Shown here one piece after another: positions 8,674 through 18,606 of a stretch of 64,000 nt of DNA. The notes under the pieces are model-generated. The model was not told the DNA's origin. It did not search any database and saw only the letters and a list, made by a program, of their open reading frames with translations. How positions within the stretch are numbered: position 1 is the stretch's first letter; every line of letters begins with the position of its first letter. The stretch is from Escherichia phage ekra. The stretch lies in sequence record MN850644.1; one strand, written 5' to 3'. A program made the translations under genes and the position numbers.

Positions 8674-9531
8674 TTAGTCTTCTGTATCGAAGTCTTCATC
8701 TTCTTCGTCATCTGGGTCTGGCAAATCTTCATCATCACCATCATCAGAAGCATTCGAAGGTTTATGGTCTGTTGCGTCTTCTTCAGTGATTTCACCGTTA
8801 TCTTCAACACCATCAAGACCAAGCATAGCCAGTTCATCTTCATCAAGTTCAGGTTCACCATTAGCACCGTTACCACCAGTGTAAGGTACAAGAGTATCAA
8901 TGATAAACTGTTCCTGAATAGGTTTTGTCAGAACATTGTTCTCAAAAGTGTAGAAGTGAGTAGAAAGAATCACACTACCAAAAGAACCGTTACCAACTGC
9001 GATATCTGGATGAATTACATCATAGTTCTTGTCATCTTCATGTTTATCAGATGCTTGAGCTTTGATTTTCTTCATCGGCTGCTTAACAGCTACACGCTTA
9101 CCATTTACTTCTTCAATCAGCATTACAGGGAATGACTGTTTAGCTGTCCATACAGCACCATCTTTATAAGCTGCTGCACGACTTACTTTCAAGATGTAGT
9201 AAGTGTCTGCTTCAAAAGGTGGCTTACAACCAAACTTCTCTTCAAAGTCATCTGCGTCAACTGCTTCAGTAGTAACTTTATCCCAGCCTTCTGGATTTTT
9301 CTTAGACTTAGTAAACTCTTTAAAGAGCTTGTTACCGTCTTCTGCCAGAATTGATACGCTGTAGTTACAATCTTTTCCTGGGAATTTTTTATCAATAGAC
9401 TTACCTTTTCCCGGACGTGGTGAAGTGTTCAGGTAATAAAACCAGACATCTTTCAGCAGGTAACGCAGAGTTTGACGTTCAGTACCGTTGTACTTCTCTA
9501 CCGGAGCTTTCATTTTAACAACTTTAGACAT
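8674..9531 (-). CDS. single-stranded DNA-binding protein (T7 gp2.5-like, acidic C-terminal tail)
   Basis: 285-aa ORF ending in a strongly acidic tail DDGDDEDLPDPDDEEDEDFDTED with aromatic residue near the C-terminus, as in gp2.5-type SSBs; replication-module context. Confidence 0.45.
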   Translation of the reverse strand: MSKVVKMKAPVEKYNGTERQTLRYLLKDVWFYYLNTSPRPGKGKSIDKKFPGKDCNYSVSILAEDGNKLFKEFTKSKKNPEGWDKVTTEAVDADDFEEKFGCKPPFEADTYYILKVSRAAAYKDGAVWTAKQSFPVMLIEEVNGKRVAVKQPMKKIKAQASDKHEDDKNYDVIHPDIAVGNGSFGSVILSTHFYTFENNVLTKPIQEQFIIDTLVPYTGGNGANGEPELDEDELAMLGLDGVEDNGEITEEDATDHKPSNASDDGDDEDLPDPDDEEDEDFDTED

Positions 9532-10005
9532 TATTTAAACCTCTATCTCAATTTATGAAGAGTACCAATTCTAATTTGTTGATACTCTATTGTCAAATAC
9601 TAATTACTGGAAGTTGTGCTTATCTTTAGAAGCTGCTTTACGTGCAGTTTTTCCAGTTCTTACACGTTTTTCTTCATAGTATTTTGCTGGTTTTCCAGCA
9701 GTGGCTTTTAAGGAATCCCCAAAAACTTTTTCAAATGCTTTAGAGTGTTTCATGATATTCTCCGATATACTTGATATTCAAACACATTTTCTTTAATTAT
9801 AAACAGCCAACTAATATTATGCTGAGGCAGTGCAATGATGACTGTAATCGTGCTTTGGCAGAAATCTTCTTTTATCTCAACTCCCCCATTGCATTTCATG
9901 AGGAGCATTCTATAGAACCTATCAACCTTTGTCAAACACTCTTCCTGAAATTTATTTAAACTCTTTTCTTCAAAGAAGGGTATGAACCCCTCTCTTTTAT
10001 AACTA

Positions 10006-11997
10006 TCACTCAGTTTCGAACGGGCAGTCATCTGCATCCTCACTTAATACAGGTGGAATCGTTGAACTTTGACGCTGTTCTTCAGTATAGACTTCACCAG
10101 TCTCACGGTCAAACACTTCATCCTCATAATGAGGTAAAGAGTCATCATAATGGTCTTCAGCTTCACCAATACCAAACTGCTGGCGAATATTTTCTGCTGC
10201 ACCATCAATATCAACACCACATCCAGAAGCTTTGATAAGACGTCCTGTATCTGGATTGTACCAAGTATGACCAGCAATACCTGTTGACTTACCATGACGA
10301 CGACACTTAGTTAACTTGATTTTTGTCAAGTTTTTCTTAACAGGGTCTGGGTCAACCTTGTTACGCATTAACAGGATGTTATTCATAGAAATCTGGAAAT
10401 ACGCACCAGAACCTTTGATATCCTCTTCAGAGATGTCTCCACCTTCAGAGTTGGCTTTCTGACCACCTGCACTCTTACGAACGTGACATACGTTTACCTG
10501 TGCATACTGGTAGCGTTTGCAACGACGCAATAGCTCAGACAAGACTTCCTCTTCATCCGTATCAGAACGTGACAGAGCCAACGTAATAGGGTCAAGAATA
10601 ATAATCTTACAGTCTAAACTGTTAACAAGGTAGTCAACAAACTCTAGCAGGTTATCTTGGTCAATTGCCCCTTGATGGTCAACGATATGGATACGACGAC
10701 CTTTAGACAGTTCTGCGTGTGCTCCTTTTAATTCATCCCAATCCCGTTCATCATAAGGAATCTCAGAAATCTGTTTGCTCAGGTGGATTGCACAGAGCAT
10801 CTCCATCAACTCTTCATAGGTATCTTCTACAGGAATTACACCGATATTATAGTCAGTTTCTTTCCAAGCGGAATAAATCATCTCACGAGTGTAAGCTGAC
10901 TTACCTACTGAGGATGGTGCTGCCAGAGTTGTAATCTCACCTAAACCATAACCACCATAAGTCAGTCTGTTCAAATCTCCGAAAGATTCTGGGAAAGGAA
11001 TCAATGGAATCTGACCACGATTCTTCATTGCCTCAAAACCATCTGCGAAGTTCTTGATACCAGCAGGACAGTAACGAGGTGCATTGTAGATACGCTGCTT
11101 AAATCCTTCCAGAACTGTATCTTTCTCTTTATAGAACTTTGTCCACCACTCGTTAAGGTCTTTTACACCTTCTGGATACTGGAATAAACGAACCTTCTCA
11201 ATAGGGAGAATACCAGCAGCCTCTTTGGTAGCTTTAGCACCTGCTTCATCGTTATCAAAGCACAAGTAAATCTCATTAAATGATGTAATGTACTGATAGT
11301 TGTCTTTGATAGACTTGATGTTTGCACCTGATGGAACAGATACGTGACAGTAATTCTTACGACGAGACTTGTCCTTAATCGCAAGAGAAGTCATATAGAT
11401 TGCTGTTGCACATTCCATCTCACCTTCCCAGATGAATAGACGGTTACCACCTTCTGGAGCAATCCATGAACCAAACATTGCCAGTTCACCTTTAATGTCT
11501 CCAACACCACCTGAAAAGTCTTTTAGTTTACCTCGTAGGTGTTCTTTTGGATGGTCTTCTGGGTAACGGTGACGAACACGGTAGCCAACATGTTCTAGCT
11601 TACCATCTTCATTACGTTTGTAAGTTGGATAGAAGTGCGCATCAATTTCACCGTCACTGTCAATGTCAATCTTAATACCCAAACGCTCAAGAACTTTTGC
11701 AGGAATCTTCCTGTCTTTCAAGTCCATTGCTTCTAGGTTTTCTTTTACATCGTCTAAATCCATTCCACGGAAAGTACGGTTTTTATTGTCTGAACCAGTA
11801 GAATAAGTGCTCACGATTTGTCCTTTATCAAAATCCCACTCTGGGAAACCTTTGTTACAACTAAAGCAAGTCATCGAATAAGAATCATCGTCATGATGAT
11901 AGATTGAACCAGCATCTGATGAACCACAACGTGGACATGCACAATGACCAATAAACTGACCAGCCTCTTTCAATTTACGACCTTTAGACATTAGCAC
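10006..11997 (-). CDS. bifunctional DNA primase-helicase (T7 gp4-like)
   Basis: 663-aa ORF; N-terminal Cys4 zinc ribbon (CACPRCGSSD...CFSC), central TOPRIM-like region, C-terminal DnaB-like helicase with Walker A GLGEITTLAAPSSVGKS and Walker B IIILD. Confidence 0.85.
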   Translation of the reverse strand: MLMSKGRKLKEAGQFIGHCACPRCGSSDAGSIYHHDDDSYSMTCFSCNKGFPEWDFDKGQIVSTYSTGSDNKNRTFRGMDLDDVKENLEAMDLKDRKIPAKVLERLGIKIDIDSDGEIDAHFYPTYKRNEDGKLEHVGYRVRHRYPEDHPKEHLRGKLKDFSGGVGDIKGELAMFGSWIAPEGGNRLFIWEGEMECATAIYMTSLAIKDKSRRKNYCHVSVPSGANIKSIKDNYQYITSFNEIYLCFDNDEAGAKATKEAAGILPIEKVRLFQYPEGVKDLNEWWTKFYKEKDTVLEGFKQRIYNAPRYCPAGIKNFADGFEAMKNRGQIPLIPFPESFGDLNRLTYGGYGLGEITTLAAPSSVGKSAYTREMIYSAWKETDYNIGVIPVEDTYEELMEMLCAIHLSKQISEIPYDERDWDELKGAHAELSKGRRIHIVDHQGAIDQDNLLEFVDYLVNSLDCKIIILDPITLALSRSDTDEEEVLSELLRRCKRYQYAQVNVCHVRKSAGGQKANSEGGDISEEDIKGSGAYFQISMNNILLMRNKVDPDPVKKNLTKIKLTKCRRHGKSTGIAGHTWYNPDTGRLIKASGCGVDIDGAAENIRQQFGIGEAEDHYDDSLPHYEDEVFDRETGEVYTEEQRQSSTIPPVLSEDADDCPFETE

Positions 11998-12184
11998 CTC
12001 TTCGTTGTAGTTCTGCCTTCAATCCATTTTCAATCTTGTCCAGTTCATGAATTTCATCTGCAATCTCTTTCCTTCGTGATTCAACTCTCTTAAGACGTTC
12101 AATCATTACCTCATTGGAAAGAGATGAGAGTTCCACTAAACGGTGGTCAATAACTTTAAAATTGTCTTTTACTCTCATCTTCAT
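11984..12184 (-). CDS. small coiled-coil protein
   Basis: 66-aa ORF overlapping primase-helicase start by 14 nt. Confidence 0.3.
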   Translation of the reverse strand: MKMRVKDNFKVIDHRLVELSSLSNEVMIERLKRVESRRKEIADEIHELDKIENGLKAELQRRGANV

Positions 12185-12192
12185 TCTCTCTT

Positions 12193-12936
12193 TTAAATCT
12201 TCAGGATAGCTCTTAGTTTGCTCTCAAGGTCTGCAAGAGTACCATTATTATGAATAATGTCACGCTCATATTTTGTAGAAATGCCATTTTCTGAAACATG
12301 TGATGAAACTTTGTCCACATTGTCTCTTTTTACTTCAATAGTTTGGTGTGCAAATCTACTCAGCCACTCAGCTTCAGAGTCAAACCTTAAATCACTGATT
12401 AAAACAACGCCTTCTTGATTTCTAAGTGAACAAACATCAAAGAAATTTACCATTCGTTTTTCAAGGTCTTTAGCCCAGAACTTGTCACCCATAACTTTTC
12501 GGATAACTTCAGTGCCCCAAATCTGTTGAATTTGTCTTGATGAAAATTTATACTTCTTGCTAAATCCCAGACGTGTTAATAGAGTCGGTTTAGCAACCTT
12601 CTTAAGCTCCATGATTAATCGTCCGGTTAACTCTGACATAAGCTTAAAATCCATATGGTAACGTTCGCCTTTGAAGGTGAACTCCATAGCTTCGGTAACT
12701 TTGAACATTAGTTCAGGATATGATAAGTCAAAAACCTGTGGAGTCTCTTTAGTTTCACCATACAGGTCATTCCAAGTCAGGTCAAATATCCTTGATGCAG
12801 ATAGCTTAAGGTTGTCTGCATAGGCCATTACTGCAACATTGTAGCCGTACTCATCCTCTAAGATGTTCTTCACAATCGAACATGAGGTGTCTTTTCCAGA
12901 ACGTGCCTTTCCAGTAAATGCAATAATATTACTCAT
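12193..12936 (-). CDS. deoxynucleoside monophosphate kinase (P-loop)
   Basis: 247-aa ORF with N-terminal Walker A IAFTGKARSGKDT typical of phage dNMP kinases. Confidence 0.6.
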   Translation of the reverse strand: MSNIIAFTGKARSGKDTSCSIVKNILEDEYGYNVAVMAYADNLKLSASRIFDLTWNDLYGETKETPQVFDLSYPELMFKVTEAMEFTFKGERYHMDFKLMSELTGRLIMELKKVAKPTLLTRLGFSKKYKFSSRQIQQIWGTEVIRKVMGDKFWAKDLEKRMVNFFDVCSLRNQEGVVLISDLRFDSEAEWLSRFAHQTIEVKRDNVDKVSSHVSENGISTKYERDIIHNNGTLADLESKLRAILKI

Positions 12937-12956
12937 TTTATCTCCCTTAATTACTA

Positions 12957-12982
12957 AAAAGCCCCCAACTAAGGAGGCTTGT
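12957..12982 (-). terminator. terminator-like hairpin with U-run (minus sense)
   Basis: GCCCCC / GGAGGC imperfect stem 12964..12982 followed in minus sense by TTTTT. Confidence 0.4.
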
Positions 12983-12997
12983 AAGATTTATAAAGAC

Positions 12998-13798
12998 TTA
13001 GTGCAGTTGCTCAGCAGACTCTTTTTCAGCCATAGCTGAGATTTGCTTCACAAAATCATCACCGAAGTTAATGCGTAGTTTTTCTTCAATGATTGAAGCA
13101 CCAATGTTCACCAAAACATCATTGATGGCTTGCATACTAACGCCACCAGTCATCTCCTCAATGAACTCAATACTTACACCCATCATCTGTGAAAGTTGGA
13201 TTAGTGCAACGATATTCATCATCGTAGAGATAGCTGGAATCATCAGTGCAACTTTCACCTGAAGTGGTTCTATATCAGCTACAGAGTCATTTTCAACAGC
13301 TTCTTCCAAAGAATCTTTGGTTTGCTGGATAATTTCTTGGATTCGTGGGTTTAGTTCTTCTACCCCCCAATCAAGTTTTTCATATCGTGACAGCTTCTCT
13401 TCCATTCGCTTCTCAAGAGCAGCCATAACAGCACTTGTTGATGAAATTATCATGGAAATTAACTCATTATTACCTAATGACAGTAATAAGTCCTTTTCTT
13501 CAGAGTTAAGGGAGATATAGTCATTTTTCTGCATCTCCTTAAAAATGAACTCTGCAAGAGCATCAACACCTACGACTATAGATGCTAAAGCAAGTGTAGT
13601 GTCTGTCAACATCATGTTAACCTGTTCTGCAAAAGCACCGTTATCAGACTTGTCTTCAGGCAAGTTATAGCTTGAAGGCATAAACTGTTCTGTGTAGTTG
13701 TTCCCACGAAGAATCATAGCCATGCTTTCTACGGCATTGATTAAAAATGCTTCGTCAATACCTTTTTCTTCAAGCATCTTTTCTACATCGATATTCAT
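12998..13798 (-). CDS. hypothetical protein
   Basis: 266-aa ORF, acidic, no motif recognised. Confidence 0.4.
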   Translation of the reverse strand: MNIDVEKMLEEKGIDEAFLINAVESMAMILRGNNYTEQFMPSSYNLPEDKSDNGAFAEQVNMMLTDTTLALASIVVGVDALAEFIFKEMQKNDYISLNSEEKDLLLSLGNNELISMIISSTSAVMAALEKRMEEKLSRYEKLDWGVEELNPRIQEIIQQTKDSLEEAVENDSVADIEPLQVKVALMIPAISTMMNIVALIQLSQMMGVSIEFIEEMTGGVSMQAINDVLVNIGASIIEEKLRINFGDDFVKQISAMAEKESAEQLH

Positions 13799-13799
13799 A

Positions 13800-14222
13800 T
13801 TATTTCTCTCTCAGTTGGTTAAGTTTCTTTCTAGAACATTTTAAGTTTTCGGATGAAGAAAAGTCAAGTGTCTTTTCAGAACGTGGATAATAGTGCCTAT
13901 CCCAAGAAGTTTCAACATCGTTAATCAGTGACGCTAGATTACACAGGTCTGTACCACTTTGCAACCTCTTTTTAAGAGAATCTAGTAAAGCAACTGTGTC
14001 TTTAGCTTTACGTCTCGCTGTAGCAACATCTTTCATATGCTCAAACACAGAGCATTTTAAGTCATCTTCATAGTTTTCAGATAACTCTATTTCGTGTTGT
14101 ATATCAACCATTCTCCTGTGATGGTGAGCATATTCCCGTTGAGCAGCAATGTCAAGTTCTTCCAACTTCTGCAAAGCTCTAACAAAGTCAGCTATGTCTG
14201 GGTGAACAAACATTTTCTGCAT
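13800..14222 (-). CDS. hypothetical protein
   Basis: 140-aa ORF, first gene of minus-strand block next to divergent intergenic region. Confidence 0.4.
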   Translation of the reverse strand: MQKMFVHPDIADFVRALQKLEELDIAAQREYAHHHRRMVDIQHEIELSENYEDDLKCSVFEHMKDVATARRKAKDTVALLDSLKKRLQSGTDLCNLASLINDVETSWDRHYYPRSEKTLDFSSSENLKCSRKKLNQLREK

Positions 14223-14395
14223 GTAAGCCTCTTTTAAGTAACTATTTAGTTTTAATCTTTTATCTTAACGTATTCTATACGTTATACTTTAAAGCTTTTT
14301 AAAAGCTATTAAATAATCTTTTAAGAGTTTTAAAGTATCTGTATAGTTAAACTGTTAAGTAACCTTTTAAGTAAAAACCCACTTCGCAAAGATTA

Positions 14396-14440
14396 ACACC
14401 TTGTCAAGTGCATTGTCAACTTGCTTTTTATAATTTTTTG
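14396..14440. promoter_or_regulatory. conserved intergenic motif CACCTTGTCAAGTnCnTTGTCAAC...TTTTTnTAA (tandem TTGTCAA boxes) in divergent promoter region
   Basis: Near-identical ~40-nt motif recurs at 56716..56760, also in a divergent intergenic region; contains -35-like TTGTCA and a TATAAT hexamer. Confidence 0.45.
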
Positions 14441-14479
14441 CAGTAATGTATGAGGTTAATGATTTTAGAGGGAGTAAAA

Positions 14480-17179
14480 ATGGAAAACGTAGATTTTAAA
14501 AACTTACATTTAGTTGGTGATACAGAAACTGATGGTTTACTCCTTGAGTTCACTAAAGTGCACGTAATGGCTTTCGCAGACTATAAATCTGACGATGAAG
14601 AGCCACCTGTATGGGTCTTTACAGATGAGCCTATCCTCGGTCACAAGTACACTAAGTACATCAAGGGCGGCTTACGTGAAGGTGTTGAATTTGCGTTAAA
14701 GGCAAAACGTCTTTGCATCCATAATGGTCTCGGCTATGACTGGTGGGTTTTCAATCACATTGCGCCTGATTTATGGAACTTTGATAATCCAAAATGTAAG
14801 CCGTGGAGTAATTTCTTTCAGGATTCTCTTATCCAGTCTCGTGTTCAGTGGATGGATAGGCCAACCCCAAAGGGTTATAAAGGTGCTCATGGTTTGGCTG
14901 CATGGGGTGCTCGTGTTGGTGTCCGTAAACCAGAGATTGAACATTGGGGTGTGTGGAATGCAGAAATCTTCACTCGTGTTGTAGAAGATATCCGTATTAA
15001 CGCCAAAACTAAACGGGCACTTGATAATGAGTATCTCAAGCTTAAGAAGTGTGGCATAGATACTTATGAAACCTATATGCGAGCTAAAGAAACATCTTTC
15101 TGGATGAGTCAACAAGCTATCAATGGTTGGAAAGCTGATAAGGAGCTTATGGAGTTCCATGTAAAGGAACTTGACAAGTTGACTAATGAGCTTGCTTCAG
15201 AGGTTGAACCACATCTTCCTCCAACTATTAAGACCAAAGGTAAAGTGACTGGAGAAGAGTTTGCAAAAGCTTGGAATGAGTATGTTGAAACATTTGGTCA
15301 TGCAGATGGACTGAAGAGGATTACCAAGTACCCTAAGACAAAGTATCGTCAGCAGGTACGTAATGGTGAGATGCAGACATATGAAATCAAGCCATTTGGT
15401 AAGCCAACTACAAAGATTTTTAACATTGAAAAGAGAAATTGCTATACACCAACCAACTCTGTAACTGGTGAAGAGTACAAGGAGGGTTTTGTAGCAATGA
15501 AGGATGCTCGTGAAATTTGCAATGAGTTGAATGCAAAGATTGGTAAGAAATGCAAAGACTGGAAGCCAGTAAAAACAGTCAAAACTGTGAAGTACTATAA
15601 CAGTCACGTTGTTAACCACTTTGAACTTGAGTCAAGTCGCTACACAGGTTTGATTGATGCACCGTATACACCAATTGAGTTTGAAGTTTCTCGTATGACT
15701 CAGGTAGCAGTTGTTAAAGACTACTTGAAATCAGTTGGTTGGATTCCAGATGACTGGAACTACAAGAAAGACTCAGATGGTCGCCCTGTCAAAGTTTGTC
15801 GTTTCAAAGACAATAAAAAGATGATTACAAAACATCCTAAGTGGCAGGAAATGGTTGAGCGGTGTGGTTTGAGCTATGTTGAGCACGAAGGTGTACAGTA
15901 TATTGAGCATAACTGGTCTGTGAAGAAGTACACAGATTTGCTTGAGCCTTGCTTAATCCGTACTTCACCAAAACTTACTGAATCATCTTATGATACGATT
16001 GAAGGTGAGCTTGGACAGAAGATTGCGAAATACTACACTTTGATGCACAGACGCAGAACTATTGAGAACTCAAAGGATGATGAAAAAGGTTGGTTGAACC
16101 AGATTCGTCCTGATGGTCGCCTTAGTGCTGGTGCAATGGTGTTTGGTACTTCAACTGGACGTATGACACAATATGGTATTGTAAACGTACCGTCTGGTGC
16201 TGCTGTCTATGGGGAACCAATGAGGGCAGTGTGGATTTGTGAGGAAGGGACTAACGTTGTCTCTGTAGACATGAACTCAGCCCAGCTAGTTCTTCTTTGT
16301 AACTTTATGGGTGACAAAGACTTCACCAAAGCGGTAACGCAAGGTAAAGAAGAGATTGAGTTCATTCGTCAAGAAGATGGACGCTATTACTGCAAACATT
16401 TTGATGAGTATCTCAACCCAGAAATTGATAAGTACCTTCGCTATGACTCTGAGAATGACCTGTACGTTGTCTATTCAGGGACTGATGCACATACACTGAA
16501 CAGTATTTACTTTAGCTTGAATGATGAGCAGGATATCTTGACTTGTCGAGCTACTCAGGATGAGAATCTTCTTCATGAGATTAGCAAAGGTCGTAAGAAA
16601 GCTAAGAATGGTATCTATGCACTGCTGTTCGGTGCAGGTGATGAGAAGTTTGCTAAGACGATTAAAGCTGCAACTACTCAGGAAGGAGCACTGACTAAAC
16701 AGACTTACTTTATTCGTTTGCCTAAAATTAAGAAGCTGCTAGATGACTTGGAAGCTGACTACAAAGCAACTAAAAAGGCACTTGAAGAGGTGTTTGGTAA
16801 GACTGCTGCAATCTCTAAAGGGGGTTTTGTAAAGGTTGCTGGAGCTTGGTTGTGGTGTAAATCTCCACATAAGTTATTGAATTATTTGCTCATGGGTTCA
16901 GAGGCTCAGATTCAAAATGAGGCGATTAACCTTGCTTGTAGAAGAGCATGTGAAGAAGGGTTGACAAAATTAAATGGACGAAAACCAGCAATTGGTGCTA
17001 GGCTTTTGCTGGCATACCACGATGAAAACAGTTGGGAGTGCCCAGAAAGTATGACTCAAGAAGTTAAAGCCATAACTGACTGGATGTATGGTCAGGCATC
17101 TAAGAATTTAGGTTTGAAGAGTGAGACGCTTGTAACTGGCACAGGTAAGGTTGGTAAGAGCTGGTTGGAAGTGCATTGA
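14480..17179 (+). CDS. DNA polymerase, family A (T7 gp5-like) with 3'-5' exonuclease domain
   Basis: ORF 14450..17179; Exo I motif VGDTETDGL near N-terminus, long palm/fingers region; start moved to ATG 14480 (MENVDFKN) with GAGGGAG RBS. Confidence 0.85.
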   Translation: MENVDFKNLHLVGDTETDGLLLEFTKVHVMAFADYKSDDEEPPVWVFTDEPILGHKYTKYIKGGLREGVEFALKAKRLCIHNGLGYDWWVFNHIAPDLWNFDNPKCKPWSNFFQDSLIQSRVQWMDRPTPKGYKGAHGLAAWGARVGVRKPEIEHWGVWNAEIFTRVVEDIRINAKTKRALDNEYLKLKKCGIDTYETYMRAKETSFWMSQQAINGWKADKELMEFHVKELDKLTNELASEVEPHLPPTIKTKGKVTGEEFAKAWNEYVETFGHADGLKRITKYPKTKYRQQVRNGEMQTYEIKPFGKPTTKIFNIEKRNCYTPTNSVTGEEYKEGFVAMKDAREICNELNAKIGKKCKDWKPVKTVKTVKYYNSHVVNHFELESSRYTGLIDAPYTPIEFEVSRMTQVAVVKDYLKSVGWIPDDWNYKKDSDGRPVKVCRFKDNKKMITKHPKWQEMVERCGLSYVEHEGVQYIEHNWSVKKYTDLLEPCLIRTSPKLTESSYDTIEGELGQKIAKYYTLMHRRRTIENSKDDEKGWLNQIRPDGRLSAGAMVFGTSTGRMTQYGIVNVPSGAAVYGEPMRAVWICEEGTNVVSVDMNSAQLVLLCNFMGDKDFTKAVTQGKEEIEFIRQEDGRYYCKHFDEYLNPEIDKYLRYDSENDLYVVYSGTDAHTLNSIYFSLNDEQDILTCRATQDENLLHEISKGRKKAKNGIYALLFGAGDEKFAKTIKAATTQEGALTKQTYFIRLPKIKKLLDDLEADYKATKKALEEVFGKTAAISKGGFVKVAGAWLWCKSPHKLLNYLLMGSEAQIQNEAINLACRRACEEGLTKLNGRKPAIGARLLLAYHDENSWECPESMTQEVKAITDWMYGQASKNLGLKSETLVTGTGKVGKSWLEVH

Positions 17180-17192
17180 TGGTGTTGAAATG

Positions 17193-17702
17193 ATTACAGA
17201 AATTCGTCTTAAGGAGCTATTGGACTACGACCCCGAAACAGGGGTCTTTACTTGGAAGTTTAGAGAAGGTAATGCAAACTTTAACTCTAGATTTGGAGGT
17301 AAGAGGGCTGGAAACTACAGAACAAATACTGATGGACACAAGTCAGTTCAGTTGCTGATTGATGGAAGGGGTTACCAAGCAAATCGTTTAGTTATCTTGT
17401 ATATGGATGGATATCTACCTGATAAAACCTTACAGGTTGACCATAAGAATGGGGACGGTTGGGACAATAGGTACTTGAATTTAAGGGTTTGTACAGCTTC
17501 ACAAAACTCTTGCAATCGGTCAAGAGAGTCCCCATCTGGGTTGCCAAAAGGTGTACAGAAGATAAGTAAAAGGTTTCGAGCAATGATACGTTTACAAGGT
17601 AAAAACTATCATCTTGGTATGTTTGACACACCAGAAGAAGCCCATAAAGCTTACTGTGAAGCTGCTATTAAACTCCACGGAGAGTTTGCAAAACTATCTT
17701 GA
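17193..17702 (+). CDS. HNH endonuclease with AP2-like domain (putative homing endonuclease), paralog of 7087..7587
   Basis: ORF 17151..17702; LKELLDYDPETGVFTWKFR N-terminus parallels LKEYLHYDPETGVFTWIKK of the other copy; HNH-like VDHKNGDGWDNRYLNLRVCTASQN; AP2-like C-terminus. Confidence 0.6.
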   Translation: MTEIRLKELLDYDPETGVFTWKFREGNANFNSRFGGKRAGNYRTNTDGHKSVQLLIDGRGYQANRLVILYMDGYLPDKTLQVDHKNGDGWDNRYLNLRVCTASQNSCNRSRESPSGLPKGVQKISKRFRAMIRLQGKNYHLGMFDTPEEAHKAYCEAAIKLHGEFAKLS

Positions 17703-17753
17703 CAAGGTGCTCAGGGAAGAGTACCTTATACAATATCTTGTATAGGAGGACTT

Positions 17754-17963
17754 ATGAGCCATCGTGGAAGAACCCATGCAGCGATGATGAAAGGCGCTTC
17801 AAAGGAAACTATCAAGAACCGTAAGCAGAAGTTGTTTGAGAGAATGAACAGGTTAATTGACAATTCATCTCTTTCAGGTTCTGAGAAGGTTTTCTTGAAA
17901 GGTAATCTGAAAAGCATTGCACAAGAACTTATTGACATTGAGTATTGGAGACATCAAAAATGA
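17754..17963 (+). CDS. hypothetical small protein
   Basis: 69-aa ORF. Confidence 0.3.
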   Translation: MSHRGRTHAAMMKGASKETIKNRKQKLFERMNRLIDNSSLSGSEKVFLKGNLKSIAQELIDIEYWRHQK

Positions 17964-18172
17964 CACTTGCAGACGTTATCCAACAACTTCATGATAACTG
18001 CTATACTCCAGAGTTGATTCAGGAGATGCTTATTGTAGTGATGCCTAGTAAGTTCGTAAAAGGTTTTAATAATGACTCTTTAAGGTCTGCGCATATCCTT
18101 ATTGTTGATGGTAAGATTGCAAGGGACCGTACTGGAGTCCTTAAGGGCGAACGTATTAATATTAACCTCTGA
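17945..18172 (+). CDS. hypothetical small protein
   Basis: 75-aa ORF. Confidence 0.3.
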   Translation: METSKMTLADVIQQLHDNCYTPELIQEMLIVVMPSKFVKGFNNDSLRSAHILIVDGKIARDRTGVLKGERININL

Positions 18173-18190
18173 ATATTGGAGATACCGAAA

Positions 18191-18346
18191 ATGAAACGCA
18201 AAGTTAAGTTTTTTAATTTATATGGAAGAGTTGGTAAAGGTTTTGACTGGCAACTGTTACGCTCAAATGTTAAAAGCAATGAATTAGCACCACTTATCAT
18301 TCATTATCGACGTACATACAGAGAAGTAGAGCATCGTGAACAGTAA
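18191..18346 (+). CDS. hypothetical small basic protein (51 aa, below ORF-track cutoff)
   Basis: Hand-read ATG at 18191 preceded by GGAGATA RBS; MKRKVKFFNLYGRVGKGFDWQLLRSN... Confidence 0.25.
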   Translation: MKRKVKFFNLYGRVGKGFDWQLLRSNVKSNELAPLIIHYRRTYREVEHREQ

Positions 18347-18359
18347 ACAGGGGTGTATT

Positions 18360-18596
18360 ATGTGGAAATCAGTAATTGCGCTTGGTGTTATTTTTCTATC
18401 TGGCTGCAACCCTTCTTATGAAGATAAAAATGCTTCTTACAGCCTCCCACCAGAGATGCAAGATTGCAGAGTATACAAGTTACATGGTGATGCTATAAGC
18501 AGAGATATTGTTGTTGTCAGATGTCCAAACTCCCAAACAACAACATCTTATAGCTATGGCAAAAATGGTCAATCACACACTACGGTTATTGAGTGA
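18360..18596 (+). CDS. putative lipoprotein
   Basis: ORF 18336..18596; from Met9: MWKSVIALGVIFLSGCNPS, a signal peptide with lipobox-like LSGC. Confidence 0.4.
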   Translation: MWKSVIALGVIFLSGCNPSYEDKNASYSLPPEMQDCRVYKLHGDAISRDIVVVRCPNSQTTTSYSYGKNGQSHTTVIE

Positions 18597-18606
18597 GGGT
18601 TTCACG

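Noticed and set aside
9750-10043. 97-aa minus-strand ORF overlapping the 3' end of the primase-helicase gene
   Set aside because: Start lies inside the primase-helicase coding region; a 49-aa basic ORF starting at 9752 in another frame is equally plausible; neither has enough support to call.
14724-15619. ORFs 14724..14984 (+), 14771..15160 (-) and 15197..15619 (-) inside the DNA polymerase gene
   Set aside because: Overlap the polymerase reading frame, which has strong motif support; no RBS evidence.
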